Below are positions 19,063-28,417 of a DNA stretch of 64,000 bases, piece by piece. Below the pieces are notes generated by a model that made no database searches, was not told the DNA's origin, and worked only from the letters and a program-made list of their open reading frames with translations. Made by a program: the position numbers and the translations under genes. How positions within the stretch are numbered: the first letter of the stretch is position 1; every line of letters begins with the position of its first letter. Source of the DNA: Phycisphaerae bacterium (GTDB taxonomy: Bacteria > Planctomycetota > Phycisphaerae > UBA1845); the NCBI GenBank assembly GCA_035356615.1, contig DAOQSN010000007.1, forward strand, positions 56,192 through 120,191. Reading direction: 5' to 3'.

Positions 19063-22000
19063 ATGATTCGCCTGCACGCAGTCTGGAAGGATGCGTCTCT
19101 CCACATCTGGGGCGAGTTGGCGCCAGCAACGGGCGTTGGCCTGCAGGCGGTGGGCAACGAGCACGTCGGCACTCGGGGCACAGTCGGCCCGTTGCCAGAC
19201 TCCACGGCCGACGGGGCTGCTTCTGAAGCTGGTGCATCGGGTGGTCTCCACGTCGGCCGCGGCGGGCCGACGCTGCCTGCTCAACCGGCCACAACGGCCG
19301 CCGCCTCTGAGCAACTCCAAGTGCTGCCCGAGGACGAGCTGCGCGCCTGCCTGGGAGAACTGGCGGATGGACTGTTGGTATCCGGGGCGCGCGGAGGTTC
19401 GTTGCGTCTTACTTTGCCGCACCGGGCGGGGGTTCCTCTTTCCTCTTTCGCGCCGGAACTGTCGGCGGCCACGTCACTGGATCAACAGCAGCAGGCCGCA
19501 GAGGTCACGGGCCAACCGGTGACGGTGCCGGTGTTGCGGCTGTCGCCGGCGGATGCGATGGACTTCCTGACGGACTGGCCCACTCGGGCCGCCCACGGGA
19601 TGGAGGCAGGTGGATCATTGCGCTACTGGTCGTGCGTGGCCCGCCTGGTTCTCGAACTGCTGGCCCGGCAGCGCTTCGTCCCGGACCTGCACCATGTCCA
19701 CGGTAACAACTACCAGGCGTTCTGGCGCGTGGTGGTGGATGGCGCCGAGACGGCGGACCGCATCGGGCGGTTGATCACGGCCATGCCGCCGGTGTGCGTT
19801 GCGGGCCCCGGCACCGAACCGCCTCCACAAGTCCCGCTAGTGCTGGAGAACTTCCTTTGGACCACCGCGGACGCGGTGATCCGTCGCTGCCTGGAGGGCG
19901 ACGACCTGGCCCACGCGCTGCGCGACCGCGGCGGCGACGCTGCCTGCGGCAAGGTCGGCTGGCTGCGGGCCCTGCTGGGTCCGGAGTCGAGGCTGACGGG
20001 GCCGGCGTCCCAGTGCGCCGAGGTGTGGCAGAGCGTACGCGGCTGGCTGGCCGCACTGGAGCCGCCCGACCTGCTGCGGACGTGCAGAACGTGCTTCCGC
20101 CTGCACCCCTCGCCGGCGGAGGATGAGACGCCGACTGGCGCGATTGACGCTCGGGCTTGGCTGCTCACCGTCCATGTGCAGGCCACCGCGGACGAGGACG
20201 TCGTGATCGACGTGGCGGAACTCTGGCGCGAACAGCCGCGGCAGCCGGCGATCCTGCCGCGGCCGTTCGATGGGGCCCGGGCGTTCGTGCGGGAAGACCT
20301 CGCCCGGGCGGCCCGCCACTTCGAGCCGCTGGCGGCGGCTTTGGAACAGCCGCAACCGGGCGTGCTGCCCCTGACGCTGGAGGAAGCGTACCGCTTCCTG
20401 CGGGACGCGGCCGTTGTGCTCGAACTCGAGGGCTTCGGCGTCTGGCTGCCCGAGTGGTGGCGGCGGGAGCGCAGCCGGTTAGGTGTCCGGCTGGACGTCC
20501 GGCCGGCGGGCGAAGACGCGGCACCGGCGCAGCGGGTGTCGTTCGACGCGCTGGTCTCTTACGACTGGCGCCTGGCCCTGGGGGACGAAGACATCTCACT
20601 CGAGGAGATCACGGCCCTGGCGCAGCAGAAGGCGCCGCTGGTGCGGTGGCGTGGGCGGTGGACTGAGCTCCACCCGGCGGAAGTGGAGGCGGCCGCGGAG
20701 TTCGTACAACGCAGCCCGAGCGGGCGAATGACGCTGCGCGAAGCGTTGCAGCAGGCGTTTCTGCGTGATGAAACGGCGGCGGGGTTACGCGTCGTCGGCA
20801 TGCGTACCTCCGGCTGGGTGCATCAGCTTCTGCACGCGACGCAGACGGACCGGCACCTGGAGTCGGTGCCCGCGCCGGCGGGTTTCCACGGCCAACTGCG
20901 ATCCTATCAACTGACGGGCCTGGCCTGGCTGGCGTTTCTGGCCGAGCATGGCCTGGGCGCGTGCCTCGCGGACGACATGGGTCTGGGCAAGACGATCCAG
21001 ACCATTGCGTTGTGGCTGCATGAGCGGCACAGCGGGCAGCGTCCGGGGCCGACGTTGCTGGTGGTGCCGATGTCGCTGGTAGGCAATTGGCGGCGGGAAA
21101 TCAACCGGTTCGCGCCGTCGCTGCGCGTGCTCGTCCATCACGGTCTCGATCGTCTCAGCGGTGAGCAACTGCGTACACAAGCGACCGAGTACGACGTAGT
21201 GATCAGCACGTACGGCCTGATCCACCGCGACTTCGAGCACCTGGCGTCCGTCGCCTGGCACCGAGTGGTGCTGGACGAGGCGCAGAACATCAAGAACCCG
21301 GCGGCCAAGCAGGCCCAGGCGATCCGGGCCCTGCCCACCGGGCAACGCGTGGCGCTGACGGGCACGCCGCTGGAGAACCACCTGACGGAACTGTGGTCGA
21401 TCCTGGACTTCCTCAACCCGGGTTTTCTGGGCTCAGCCAGTGACTTTCGCCGACGCTTCGCCGTGCCCATCGAGCGGCATCATGACTCCGACCGGGCCGA
21501 CCGTCTGCGGCGCCTGATCCAGCCGTTCGTGCTCCGCCGGCTCAAGCGCGATCCCGACATCATGCAGGACCTGCCGGAGCGGTTGGAGATGAAGGTTTTC
21601 TGCAACCTGACGCAGGAGCAGGCGGCCCTCTACGAGGCGGTGGTCGCAGACATGCTGGGCCAGATCGAAGAGAGCGGCGGCATGCAGCGGCGCGGGCTCA
21701 TCCTGGCCGCCCTCGTGAAGCTCAAACAGATCTGCAACCATCCGGCCCACTTCCTGCGGGAACAAGTTCCCGGCGCGGCTGAGGCCCGGCACGGGCCCGT
21801 CCTGCATCAGCGCAGCGGCAAGTGCGAACGTTTGCGCGAGATGATCGAGGAGGTCGTCGCGGAAGGTGATGCCGCCTTGGTGTTCACCCAGTTTCGCCAG
21901 ATGGGGGCACTGCTGCAACACTACTTAGGTGAAGCATTCGATCGGGAGGTCCTCTTCCTGCACGGGGGCACCTCGGCCGGGCAACGCGATGCGCTCGTGC

Positions 22001-22359
22001 ACCGGTTCCAGCAGCGACGCGGCGACACGCCGGTGTTCGTGCTGTCCCTCAAGGCGGGCGGCGTGGGGCTGAACCTGACCGCGGCCAATCATGTGTTTCA
22101 CTTCGACCGCTGGTGGAACCCCGCCGTCGAGGAACAGGCCACCGACCGGGCGCATCGCATCGGGCAGCAGCGCATGGTGCAGGTCCACAAGCTCATCTGC
22201 CTGGGCACACTCGAAGAGCGCATCGACGGCATGCTGGAACAGAAGAAGGACTTGGCCGAGCGAATCGTTGGAGCAGGCGAGGAATGGCTCACCGAATTGA
22301 GCACCGAGGCCCTGCGCGATCTGCTCACGCTCTCACGCGAGGCGGTGGGGGAGGACTAG
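19063..22359 (+). CDS. SNF2-family helicase with a long bacterial SNF2-associated N-terminal region
   Basis: LRSYQLTGLAWL, DDMGLGKT, DEAQNIKN and a helicase C-terminal block (QATDRAHRIGQ). N-terminus MIRLHAVWKDASLHIWGE. Confidence 0.9.
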   Translation: MIRLHAVWKDASLHIWGELAPATGVGLQAVGNEHVGTRGTVGPLPDSTADGAASEAGASGGLHVGRGGPTLPAQPATTAAASEQLQVLPEDELRACLGELADGLLVSGARGGSLRLTLPHRAGVPLSSFAPELSAATSLDQQQQAAEVTGQPVTVPVLRLSPADAMDFLTDWPTRAAHGMEAGGSLRYWSCVARLVLELLARQRFVPDLHHVHGNNYQAFWRVVVDGAETADRIGRLITAMPPVCVAGPGTEPPPQVPLVLENFLWTTADAVIRRCLEGDDLAHALRDRGGDAACGKVGWLRALLGPESRLTGPASQCAEVWQSVRGWLAALEPPDLLRTCRTCFRLHPSPAEDETPTGAIDARAWLLTVHVQATADEDVVIDVAELWREQPRQPAILPRPFDGARAFVREDLARAARHFEPLAAALEQPQPGVLPLTLEEAYRFLRDAAVVLELEGFGVWLPEWWRRERSRLGVRLDVRPAGEDAAPAQRVSFDALVSYDWRLALGDEDISLEEITALAQQKAPLVRWRGRWTELHPAEVEAAAEFVQRSPSGRMTLREALQQAFLRDETAAGLRVVGMRTSGWVHQLLHATQTDRHLESVPAPAGFHGQLRSYQLTGLAWLAFLAEHGLGACLADDMGLGKTIQTIALWLHERHSGQRPGPTLLVVPMSLVGNWRREINRFAPSLRVLVHHGLDRLSGEQLRTQATEYDVVISTYGLIHRDFEHLASVAWHRVVLDEAQNIKNPAAKQAQAIRALPTGQRVALTGTPLENHLTELWSILDFLNPGFLGSASDFRRRFAVPIERHHDSDRADRLRRLIQPFVLRRLKRDPDIMQDLPERLEMKVFCNLTQEQAALYEAVVADMLGQIEESGGMQRRGLILAALVKLKQICNHPAHFLREQVPGAAEARHGPVLHQRSGKCERLREMIEEVVAEGDAALVFTQFRQMGALLQHYLGEAFDREVLFLHGGTSAGQRDALVHRFQQRRGDTPVFVLSLKAGGVGLNLTAANHVFHFDRWWNPAVEEQATDRAHRIGQQRMVQVHKLICLGTLEERIDGMLEQKKDLAERIVGAGEEWLTELSTEALRDLLTLSREAVGED
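19247..19276 (+). repeat. family-C hairpin repeat lying in frame inside the SNF2 CDS
   Basis: TCCACGTCGGCCGCGGCGGGCCGACGCTGC, translated as LHVGRGGPTLP. Confidence 0.85.
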
Positions 22360-22361
22360 GA

Positions 22362-22649
22362 ATGTCGAGCACCACGCCAGATGGCAACCAGCACCTTCGC
22401 TCGCTGGGGGCGGTGGCCGAGGCGGCCGCCCCGGTCGGCGATCCAAAGTGGGCGGGCTTCTATGAGGCCGGGACGGCCCTGACCCAGATCGCGGTCCGCA
22501 CGCGGGAACCCGAACAACCGCTGGAGTTGCTGGAACGCCTCGGGCCGTCGCCGTTTGAACGCGGCGGCTTCCCCCTGGTCGGATTCCTGGCGACGACCTA
22601 CGACCGCGTGAGCCGATATGCGCTGGAGCGGCTGCGCAAGTCACAGTGA
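22362..22649 (+). CDS. hypothetical 95-aa protein, start 2 nt after the SNF2 stop
   Basis: High GC3. The ATG at 22362 follows the TAG at 22357-22359. No recognisable domain. Confidence 0.5.
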   Translation: MSSTTPDGNQHLRSLGAVAEAAAPVGDPKWAGFYEAGTALTQIAVRTREPEQPLELLERLGPSPFERGGFPLVGFLATTYDRVSRYALERLRKSQ

Positions 22650-22656
22650 GACGCGC

Positions 22657-24246
22657 ATGTGTGATGAAGCTGATCCAGGCGGCGGCATCGTGGACGAGTG
22701 CCAGGCGGAGGATGCCGGCGGGCAGCGCATTCCCTTCGTTCGATGGCTGGGATTGCTGGGGGCGCCCCTGCTCGCCGTTGTGGTGTACCTGCTGATTCCG
22801 GCGGCGCGATTCGAAGCCGACGGCAAGATCGCGGCCGGGTTGACCCAGCCCGGGCGGGCGGTGGCGGCCGTCGGCATCCTGATGGCCGTCCTCTGGGTAA
22901 CCGAGGCGTTGCCCATCCCCGTTACCGCGTTGATTCCCATGGTGCTGTTTCCGTTGGCGACCTTCGGAGTCGTCGATGTGAAGGCGGCCGCCGCCCCGTA
23001 TGCCAACGACTTGATCTTCCTGTTCATGGGCGGCTTTCTGCTGGCCCAGGCGATGCAGCGCTGGGGCTTGCACCGGCGCATCGCGCTGCACACGATCCTG
23101 CTGGTGGGCACCCGCCCCGCGGGAGTCGTGGCCGGTTTCATGCTGGCCAGCGGCTTCCTGAGCATGTGGGTCTCGAACACAGCCACCGTCGTGATGATGC
23201 TGCCGATCGCCCTGAGCGTGATCGAACTGGTACGGCAGGAGTTGGCACGACGGAACGACCCCCAGCTTCCGCCGCGGGGGGCACCGTTTCACTTTGCGAT
23301 CTGTCTGCTGCTGGGGACCGCGTACGCGGCCTCCATCGGCGGCATCGCGACGCTCATCGGCACTCCGCCCAACGCCATGCTGGCAGCCTACGTGGGCAAG
23401 ACGTTCAACATCCAGATATCCTTCGTCCGCTGGATGATGATCGGCGTGCCCCTGGCGGCCGTGCTGCTGCCGCTGACGTGGTTGCTGCTGACCCGCATCG
23501 TCTACCCCATTCGTCTGCGGCAGATTCCCGGCGGGCGTGAACTGATCGCGCGGGAGTTGCAGCGGCAGGGGCCCATGACGCGGGCGGAAGCGGCCGTGCT
23601 CGTGGTGTTCGTCCTGACGGCGGTCGGCTGGATCACCCGCCCGTGGCTGGCGGCCATCCGCGTTGGAGACAGCTTTCAGCCGCTGGCAGGCTTGAGCGAC
23701 AGCGGCATTGCGGTCGCGGCGGCCGTGGTGCTCTTCGCCTGTCCCATCTACCCAGGCAAAGGTGAGTTCCTGCTCACCTGGCGGCAGGCGCGGACGCTGC
23801 CGTGGGGTGTGTTGCTGCTGTTCGGGGGCGGCCTCAGCCTGGCGGAGGCCGTCAAACTCACCGGCGTGGCGGAGTTCATCGGTCACGGCGTCAGCGGTCT
23901 GCACGGTTGGTCGGTGGCCCTGCTGGTGTTACTTGTCATTACCCTGATTGTGTTCCTCACGGAACTGACCAGCAACACCGCGACGACGGCCACGCTGCTT
24001 CCCATCCTGGGTCCGGCGGCGGTCGGGCTGGGACTCAGTCCTCTGCTCTTCGTCGTGCCGATGACCATCGGGGCGAGTTGCGCGTTTATGATGCCGGTGG
24101 GGACACCACCCAATGCCATCGTGTTCAGCTCCGGGGAACTGAAGATCTGGCAAATGTGCAAAGCCGGCTTCTGGCTGAACCTGATCAGCATCGCGGTCAT
24201 CTTCGCGCTCACGTACCTGTTCGCAGGCCCCCTGCTTGGACAGTGA
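22657..24246 (+). CDS. DASS/SLC13-family anion:sodium symporter
   Basis: Duplicated SNT hairpin motifs (WVSNTATVVMMLPI and ELTSNTATTATLLPI) in a polytopic protein. Confidence 0.85.
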   Translation: MCDEADPGGGIVDECQAEDAGGQRIPFVRWLGLLGAPLLAVVVYLLIPAARFEADGKIAAGLTQPGRAVAAVGILMAVLWVTEALPIPVTALIPMVLFPLATFGVVDVKAAAAPYANDLIFLFMGGFLLAQAMQRWGLHRRIALHTILLVGTRPAGVVAGFMLASGFLSMWVSNTATVVMMLPIALSVIELVRQELARRNDPQLPPRGAPFHFAICLLLGTAYAASIGGIATLIGTPPNAMLAAYVGKTFNIQISFVRWMMIGVPLAAVLLPLTWLLLTRIVYPIRLRQIPGGRELIARELQRQGPMTRAEAAVLVVFVLTAVGWITRPWLAAIRVGDSFQPLAGLSDSGIAVAAAVVLFACPIYPGKGEFLLTWRQARTLPWGVLLLFGGGLSLAEAVKLTGVAEFIGHGVSGLHGWSVALLVLLVITLIVFLTELTSNTATTATLLPILGPAAVGLGLSPLLFVVPMTIGASCAFMMPVGTPPNAIVFSSGELKIWQMCKAGFWLNLISIAVIFALTYLFAGPLLGQ

Positions 24247-24471
24247 CGGAGATCACAGCACCAGGGGCGAACCATCCGCTCACGAAAGGGGAAGGGGTCA
24301 GGCAGTCACCATGATGCTTCGCGGCCTTCTGTGTCGATTGACCGGCACAACCGAACGGTGAGCATGCTCCCCTGCGTAGCGCCGAAAGTTCCAGGCGCCC
24401 CGGAGAACGGCCGCTGTTCACCGGGATCGCAATCTCATGGAAGCCGCTTCTCCACCGCCGCGTTCCCTCCG

Positions 24472-25284
24472 CTAACCGCCACGCGACAGCGCGCGCCGGA
24501 TGAGGTCCCGCGCCGCCTCGAGATCCGCGCGCGGCGTCTCGGAGTCCAAACGACGCAGGATGTGCGGACCGCCGTACCCGGCGTCGGCCAGGGCCTGCCA
24601 GAATCCGACCAGGTCCACTTCACCCTCCCCGAGCCGCGTCTCATGTCCGGCCCGACCGGCGCTACCCACCGTCCCATCCCGGGCATGCGCCAGCACGATC
24701 GCGTTCGGTAAGCGCTCGATCACGCTCAACGGATTGTGACCCAGCATCACCATGGCGGCGGGGTCCACACCCAGCGCCAGCGCCGGGCAATCAAGCTGGT
24801 CAAACAGACGCACCAGCGGCTGCGCGGTGTCATGCGCCGGCCGCAGCGCGTAGCAGACCCCGCACGTGTCGGCCTGGTCACCGATGCGACGCAGAGCCTC
24901 GAGCGCCAAAGGTGCCGGCTCGCCCGTCTCCGGGTGGGTCAGCGCCCCGGCCGACGCGGTCACCACCCGCACCCCCATGTCCGCCGCCAACGTCAGAATC
25001 CGGCACGTCCGTTCCACGCGCTCCTCCACCGTGGACGGGTCGGTAAGCCGGGTGTGCGGCACCTCCGCGGAAAGGGCCGCCAGCTTCAGCCCCAAAGTGC
25101 CCACCAGGTGTTGCAGGTGCCGACGCCCACTCGTGGAGAGCCCCTCCGGGGTCACCTCTCCCGCGGCTGCACCCAGCTCCACGACGTCGCCCCCCAGCTC
25201 CCGGGCAGCGCGCAGGCCTTCCTTGGTCGGCAGGCGTAGATCATCCAGGTCGATGCCGAGCGAAACGTGACTCATGACTGACAT
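24472..25284 (-). CDS. sugar phosphate isomerase/epimerase (xylose-isomerase-like TIM barrel)
   Basis: 270 aa with a TIM-barrel AP-endonuclease-2-like pattern. Call is from overall sequence character. Confidence 0.7.
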   Translation of the reverse strand: MSVMSHVSLGIDLDDLRLPTKEGLRAARELGGDVVELGAAAGEVTPEGLSTSGRRHLQHLVGTLGLKLAALSAEVPHTRLTDPSTVEERVERTCRILTLAADMGVRVVTASAGALTHPETGEPAPLALEALRRIGDQADTCGVCYALRPAHDTAQPLVRLFDQLDCPALALGVDPAAMVMLGHNPLSVIERLPNAIVLAHARDGTVGSAGRAGHETRLGEGEVDLVGFWQALADAGYGGPHILRRLDSETPRADLEAARDLIRRALSRGG

Positions 25285-25456
25285 GATACATGGGTCGAGG
25301 CGCAGTGCCTAGCGCGCCGCTTGGCGTTTAGGAACTGACGGGGAGATGCCGCCCGGCGTCGGCCGCCGGGGAACGAAGCTACAACAACCACGCAGGCGCG
25401 ACGCCACGACGGACGGGGGCACCAGGCTGCATCGTTGGCGCCAGGGGCAGGCACGT

Positions 25457-26128
25457 TCACGATCGGTGGGCGTTGCGCTGCTCCACCAGCGCCTCCGTGG
25501 CCGAGCGCCGCACGTCCGACATCTGGTAGAAGCAGCTGACCACCGTCGGCACCAGCACCACGAAGGCCACCAGCAGCGTGCTCTGCCGGGCAAACCCGGC
25601 AAACGAGCGGTACACCGACGGCGCGGACATGCTCAGCACCGCCAGCGCCGACACCAGCAGCATGGAGCCCTCCAACGCCGTCAGCACGATGGTCACCTGC
25701 CGCAGGTTCAGATGGGCCAACCCCAAGCCCAGGAACGCTCCCAACCCACCCGCGACCCACATCGCGGCCGTCGGCAGATGGAAGCCGCCGACGAACTGCG
25801 CCAGCATGAGCCCGCCCGCGCCGGCCCCCAGGAGCGCGATCCCATGCAGGCCCAGCACGTACCCGACCACGCCGCCGACCAATGCCGCCCCCAACGCGCA
25901 CAGCCACACCGAGCCCGACGACCCCAGCAGCGCGTGCGCCACGCCGATCCCGATTAACGCGTACGTGAATGCCGCCGACACGCGCCACAGCCGCCACCCG
26001 AACAGCATCAGCACGGCCGAGCCGACCAGCAGCGGCAGGACCGCCATCGGTCCGATGTGCTCCAGAAACGCCACCCACTTGCAGGCAAGCTGATCCACGT
26101 GCAGGCCCTCCCCATGCGGCGAGGTCAC
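25457..26128 (-). CDS. polytopic membrane protein (DUF4203/TMEM198-like), second of two
   Basis: About six Gly/Ala-rich TM helices. The start is uncertain (GTG at 26128 or internal starts). Confidence 0.55.
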   Translation of the reverse strand: MTSPHGEGLHVDQLACKWVAFLEHIGPMAVLPLLVGSAVLMLFGWRLWRVSAAFTYALIGIGVAHALLGSSGSVWLCALGAALVGGVVGYVLGLHGIALLGAGAGGLMLAQFVGGFHLPTAAMWVAGGLGAFLGLGLAHLNLRQVTIVLTALEGSMLLVSALAVLSMSAPSVYRSFAGFARQSTLLVAFVVLVPTVVSCFYQMSDVRRSATEALVEQRNAHRS

Positions 26129-26366
26129 GCCCGCGCACGGCCCGGTCCGGTAACCGCGCGCAGTGCTTCGTCAAGCCGGTAGACCAGAGTAGTGTACGAT
26201 ATGCCACGCGCGGGGGTCGTTGGTTCGCTTCCGGCACGCGCATCCTCATGCTGCCCGCCGTGCCCACATCCACCGCACGCGCGACCCGGCAGAGGTCGTG
26301 GTTGCGAAGGCATGGTTGCCCACAATTGCCGTCGCGCCAGGGGATGCCACCCGCGGACCGGTGCCG

Positions 26367-27191
26367 TCATTTCGACTTGGGTTTGTCACTGTCCGCCGGA
26401 GCCGGCGAACGCTGCCGGGTGAACACCGTCTGGAGGAACAGCGACGTCACCAGGAAAGCCCCGACCGCCAGCCCCAGCAGCGCCTGGGACCGCGCGTCGC
26501 TGAAACCACCGGTCGGACCCCACTGACTGAACAGCATCACCGCCCCACCGGCCGCCAGAAGCGTCCCCAGCACCGACGTCGACGTAATCAGCGCGAACCG
26601 CGCCGCCAGCAACCCCACCAGCATCCCGACCAGCATCGCCAGCGCCCCCAGCGCCGAGCCCAGCCGGGCGGCCGCGGCATCCTGCTCGCGCACGTAACCA
26701 CCGAACTGCGTCACCCACGCTGCCGCCGGGCAGCGGGCCGACGGCTGACCCTCGCTCACCGGCGGAAAGGCCTCGCTTTCCGGCGGCAGGATGCTCTCCA
26801 GATGTGTCTCGAAGCTCGTCATGTACGGCTGGAGCCGCAGGAAACTGTAGCCCCCGACCACCAGCGTGGCCAGCACGCCCGACATCAGCAGCCCTACCCA
26901 GAAACGAAAGGCATGATAGCCGATCATCCCGATGAGCAGCGCCGCGATCGGCACGCACACATACGGCGTCAGGTCCACCGCGACCGCGAAACCCCAGCCC
27001 GCCCACGCCCCCACGGCGATAAACCACGTCGTCACCACCGGCCGGGCGAGCTTCGCGCCCAACACGCCGATCCCCAACCCCAACAGCAACAGCACGATCC
27101 CCAACGGCACCACGCCGAGCTTCACGATCACCGGCGCATGCTCGGCCGCAACCAGCCGAACCTGCTCGACAAACTGTACCACGTCATTCAT
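26367..27191 (-). CDS. polytopic membrane protein (DUF4203/TMEM198-like), first of two, immediately downstream of the ftsQ-like gene
   Basis: Amphipathic N-terminus, then multiple TM helices. Lies 47 nt after the ftsQ-like stop on the same strand. Confidence 0.6.
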   Translation of the reverse strand: MNDVVQFVEQVRLVAAEHAPVIVKLGVVPLGIVLLLLGLGIGVLGAKLARPVVTTWFIAVGAWAGWGFAVAVDLTPYVCVPIAALLIGMIGYHAFRFWVGLLMSGVLATLVVGGYSFLRLQPYMTSFETHLESILPPESEAFPPVSEGQPSARCPAAAWVTQFGGYVREQDAAAARLGSALGALAMLVGMLVGLLAARFALITSTSVLGTLLAAGGAVMLFSQWGPTGGFSDARSQALLGLAVGAFLVTSLFLQTVFTRQRSPAPADSDKPKSK

Positions 27192-27238
27192 GTGCAGACC
27201 TCCGCGGCCGCCCGCGCCCCGCCGGCGCCGAGCCCGGC

Positions 27239-28126
27239 TCAGCCGGGAACCGCAAACCGATCCGGAAACGTCGAAATGTCAATCACCGCGTGCCCGGCGT
27301 CGGCGCGCCCGCTACGGCGGTGGTTCTCCCGCAGCAGCGCCAGTTTCTGCGCCGGTGTGTTCTCCTCGACCTCCCGACCGGGAGCCGAGCCCCAGCGGAT
27401 GCGCCCGCCCGCGCGGTCCGTCGCCAACTCCAGGTGCGGGCCGTGTCGGTTGCGCCGCCCGCCGTAGTTTTCGACCAGCACGGCCGTAATCTGTGCCGTA
27501 AACGGCTCGCTGGAGAGCAGGTGCCACAACGACAGGGCCGCTTGCAGATCGTCCCCCTCCCACCGCTCACCGGGCTGCGGGGCTCGAGCAGCGACTCCCT
27601 GCACCAGCGGCCAGGCGGGGTCGTATGTATACGTGCCCGGAACGCGCGTCCCAGTCGCATCCACGAGGAGGAATTCCGCGCCCTGCTGCACCATCACCAC
27701 CGGCACCCGGTAGTCACACGAAACGCGTACGACACCGTCTCCACCACGGCGCACGTACCGCACCTTCGAGACCCACCCCAGCGCGCTGAGGCGCTCCGCC
27801 AGGTTCGGACAGAGTGACTCTTCCGTCCAGAGCACCTCGAGCAACGGCAGGAGCTGCGCCCGCAGTTCACCCTCCGCGAGGCGCTGCACGGCCGGTGGCA
27901 GATCAACCAGCAGTAGTGCCGGCCGTTCCACCCGACTCGTCACCTCCTGCTGAACGTGCGCGTCCAGACGCTGCCAGCCGATGCCGCCGCCGACCAGCAA
28001 CGCGCCGGTGGCCAGCGTCACCGCGCCAACACGCAGCCCCCGCAGGCCGTGCTCCCGAAAGAAAGCACGCCAGCGCCCGGGCACAGCGGGCCGCGGAGTC
28101 TTCTTTGTCCGACGAGTACGAGCCAT
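27239..28126 (-). CDS. ftsQ: FtsQ/DivIB-like cell-division protein
   Basis: Basic N-terminus, a single TM segment (VGAVTLATGALLVGGGIGW) and a periplasmic POTRA-like region. It occupies the canonical position after ddl in a dcw cluster. Confidence 0.55.
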   Translation of the reverse strand: MARTRRTKKTPRPAVPGRWRAFFREHGLRGLRVGAVTLATGALLVGGGIGWQRLDAHVQQEVTSRVERPALLLVDLPPAVQRLAEGELRAQLLPLLEVLWTEESLCPNLAERLSALGWVSKVRYVRRGGDGVVRVSCDYRVPVVMVQQGAEFLLVDATGTRVPGTYTYDPAWPLVQGVAARAPQPGERWEGDDLQAALSLWHLLSSEPFTAQITAVLVENYGGRRNRHGPHLELATDRAGGRIRWGSAPGREVEENTPAQKLALLRENHRRSGRADAGHAVIDISTFPDRFAVPG

Positions 28127-28155
28127 GTCACGTTACGTCCGAACTTCCGACACAA

Positions 28156-28193
28156 CCCCTCCCCCCCGGGAGAGGGGTAGGGGTGAGGGTCGA
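28156..28193 (+). repeat. family-B repeat CCCCTCCCCCCCGGGAGAGGGGTAGGGGTGAGGGTCGA
   Basis: Near-identical 3' half to 14291-14316. Confidence 0.85.
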
Positions 28194-28226
28194 ACCTCCC
28201 CCGTCACCCAGCCCTCTGTCCCAAGT

Positions 28227-28363
28227 ACGTGTTTAGCGTGGGTGCCATGCCCTCACCCGCCGCAGGCGGGGGTGGGCATGGGGTCGGGCCTAAGAACATG
28301 CTTACCCGCGACCGCTGTCGCGGGAAAGCATGGCACCCCGGCGCCCGTCTGCGCTAAACACGT
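28227..28363. repeat. 137-bp segment bounded by inverted repeats ACGTGTTTAGCG / CGCTAAACACGT
   Basis: Contains a 37-nt hairpin (28245-28281, CCATGCCCTCACCCGCC GCA GGCGGGGGTGGGCATGG) and a family-E copy (28305-28337). The 14-nt CTGCGCTAAACACG recurs at 28413-28426, overlapping the ddl stop. Confidence 0.7.
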
Positions 28364-28417
28364 ACTCTCCCAAGGGCAAGAGGCGTCCCGCCTGCCTGCG
28401 CCAGGCACCTGCCTGCG

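Noticed and set aside
19063-22359. SNF2 helicase as part of a defence system (DISARM, Zorya, BREX-like).
   Set aside because: No methyltransferase, PLD, DUF1998, ZorABC-like or other partner genes are nearby. The neighbours are a glycosyltransferase and a transporter.
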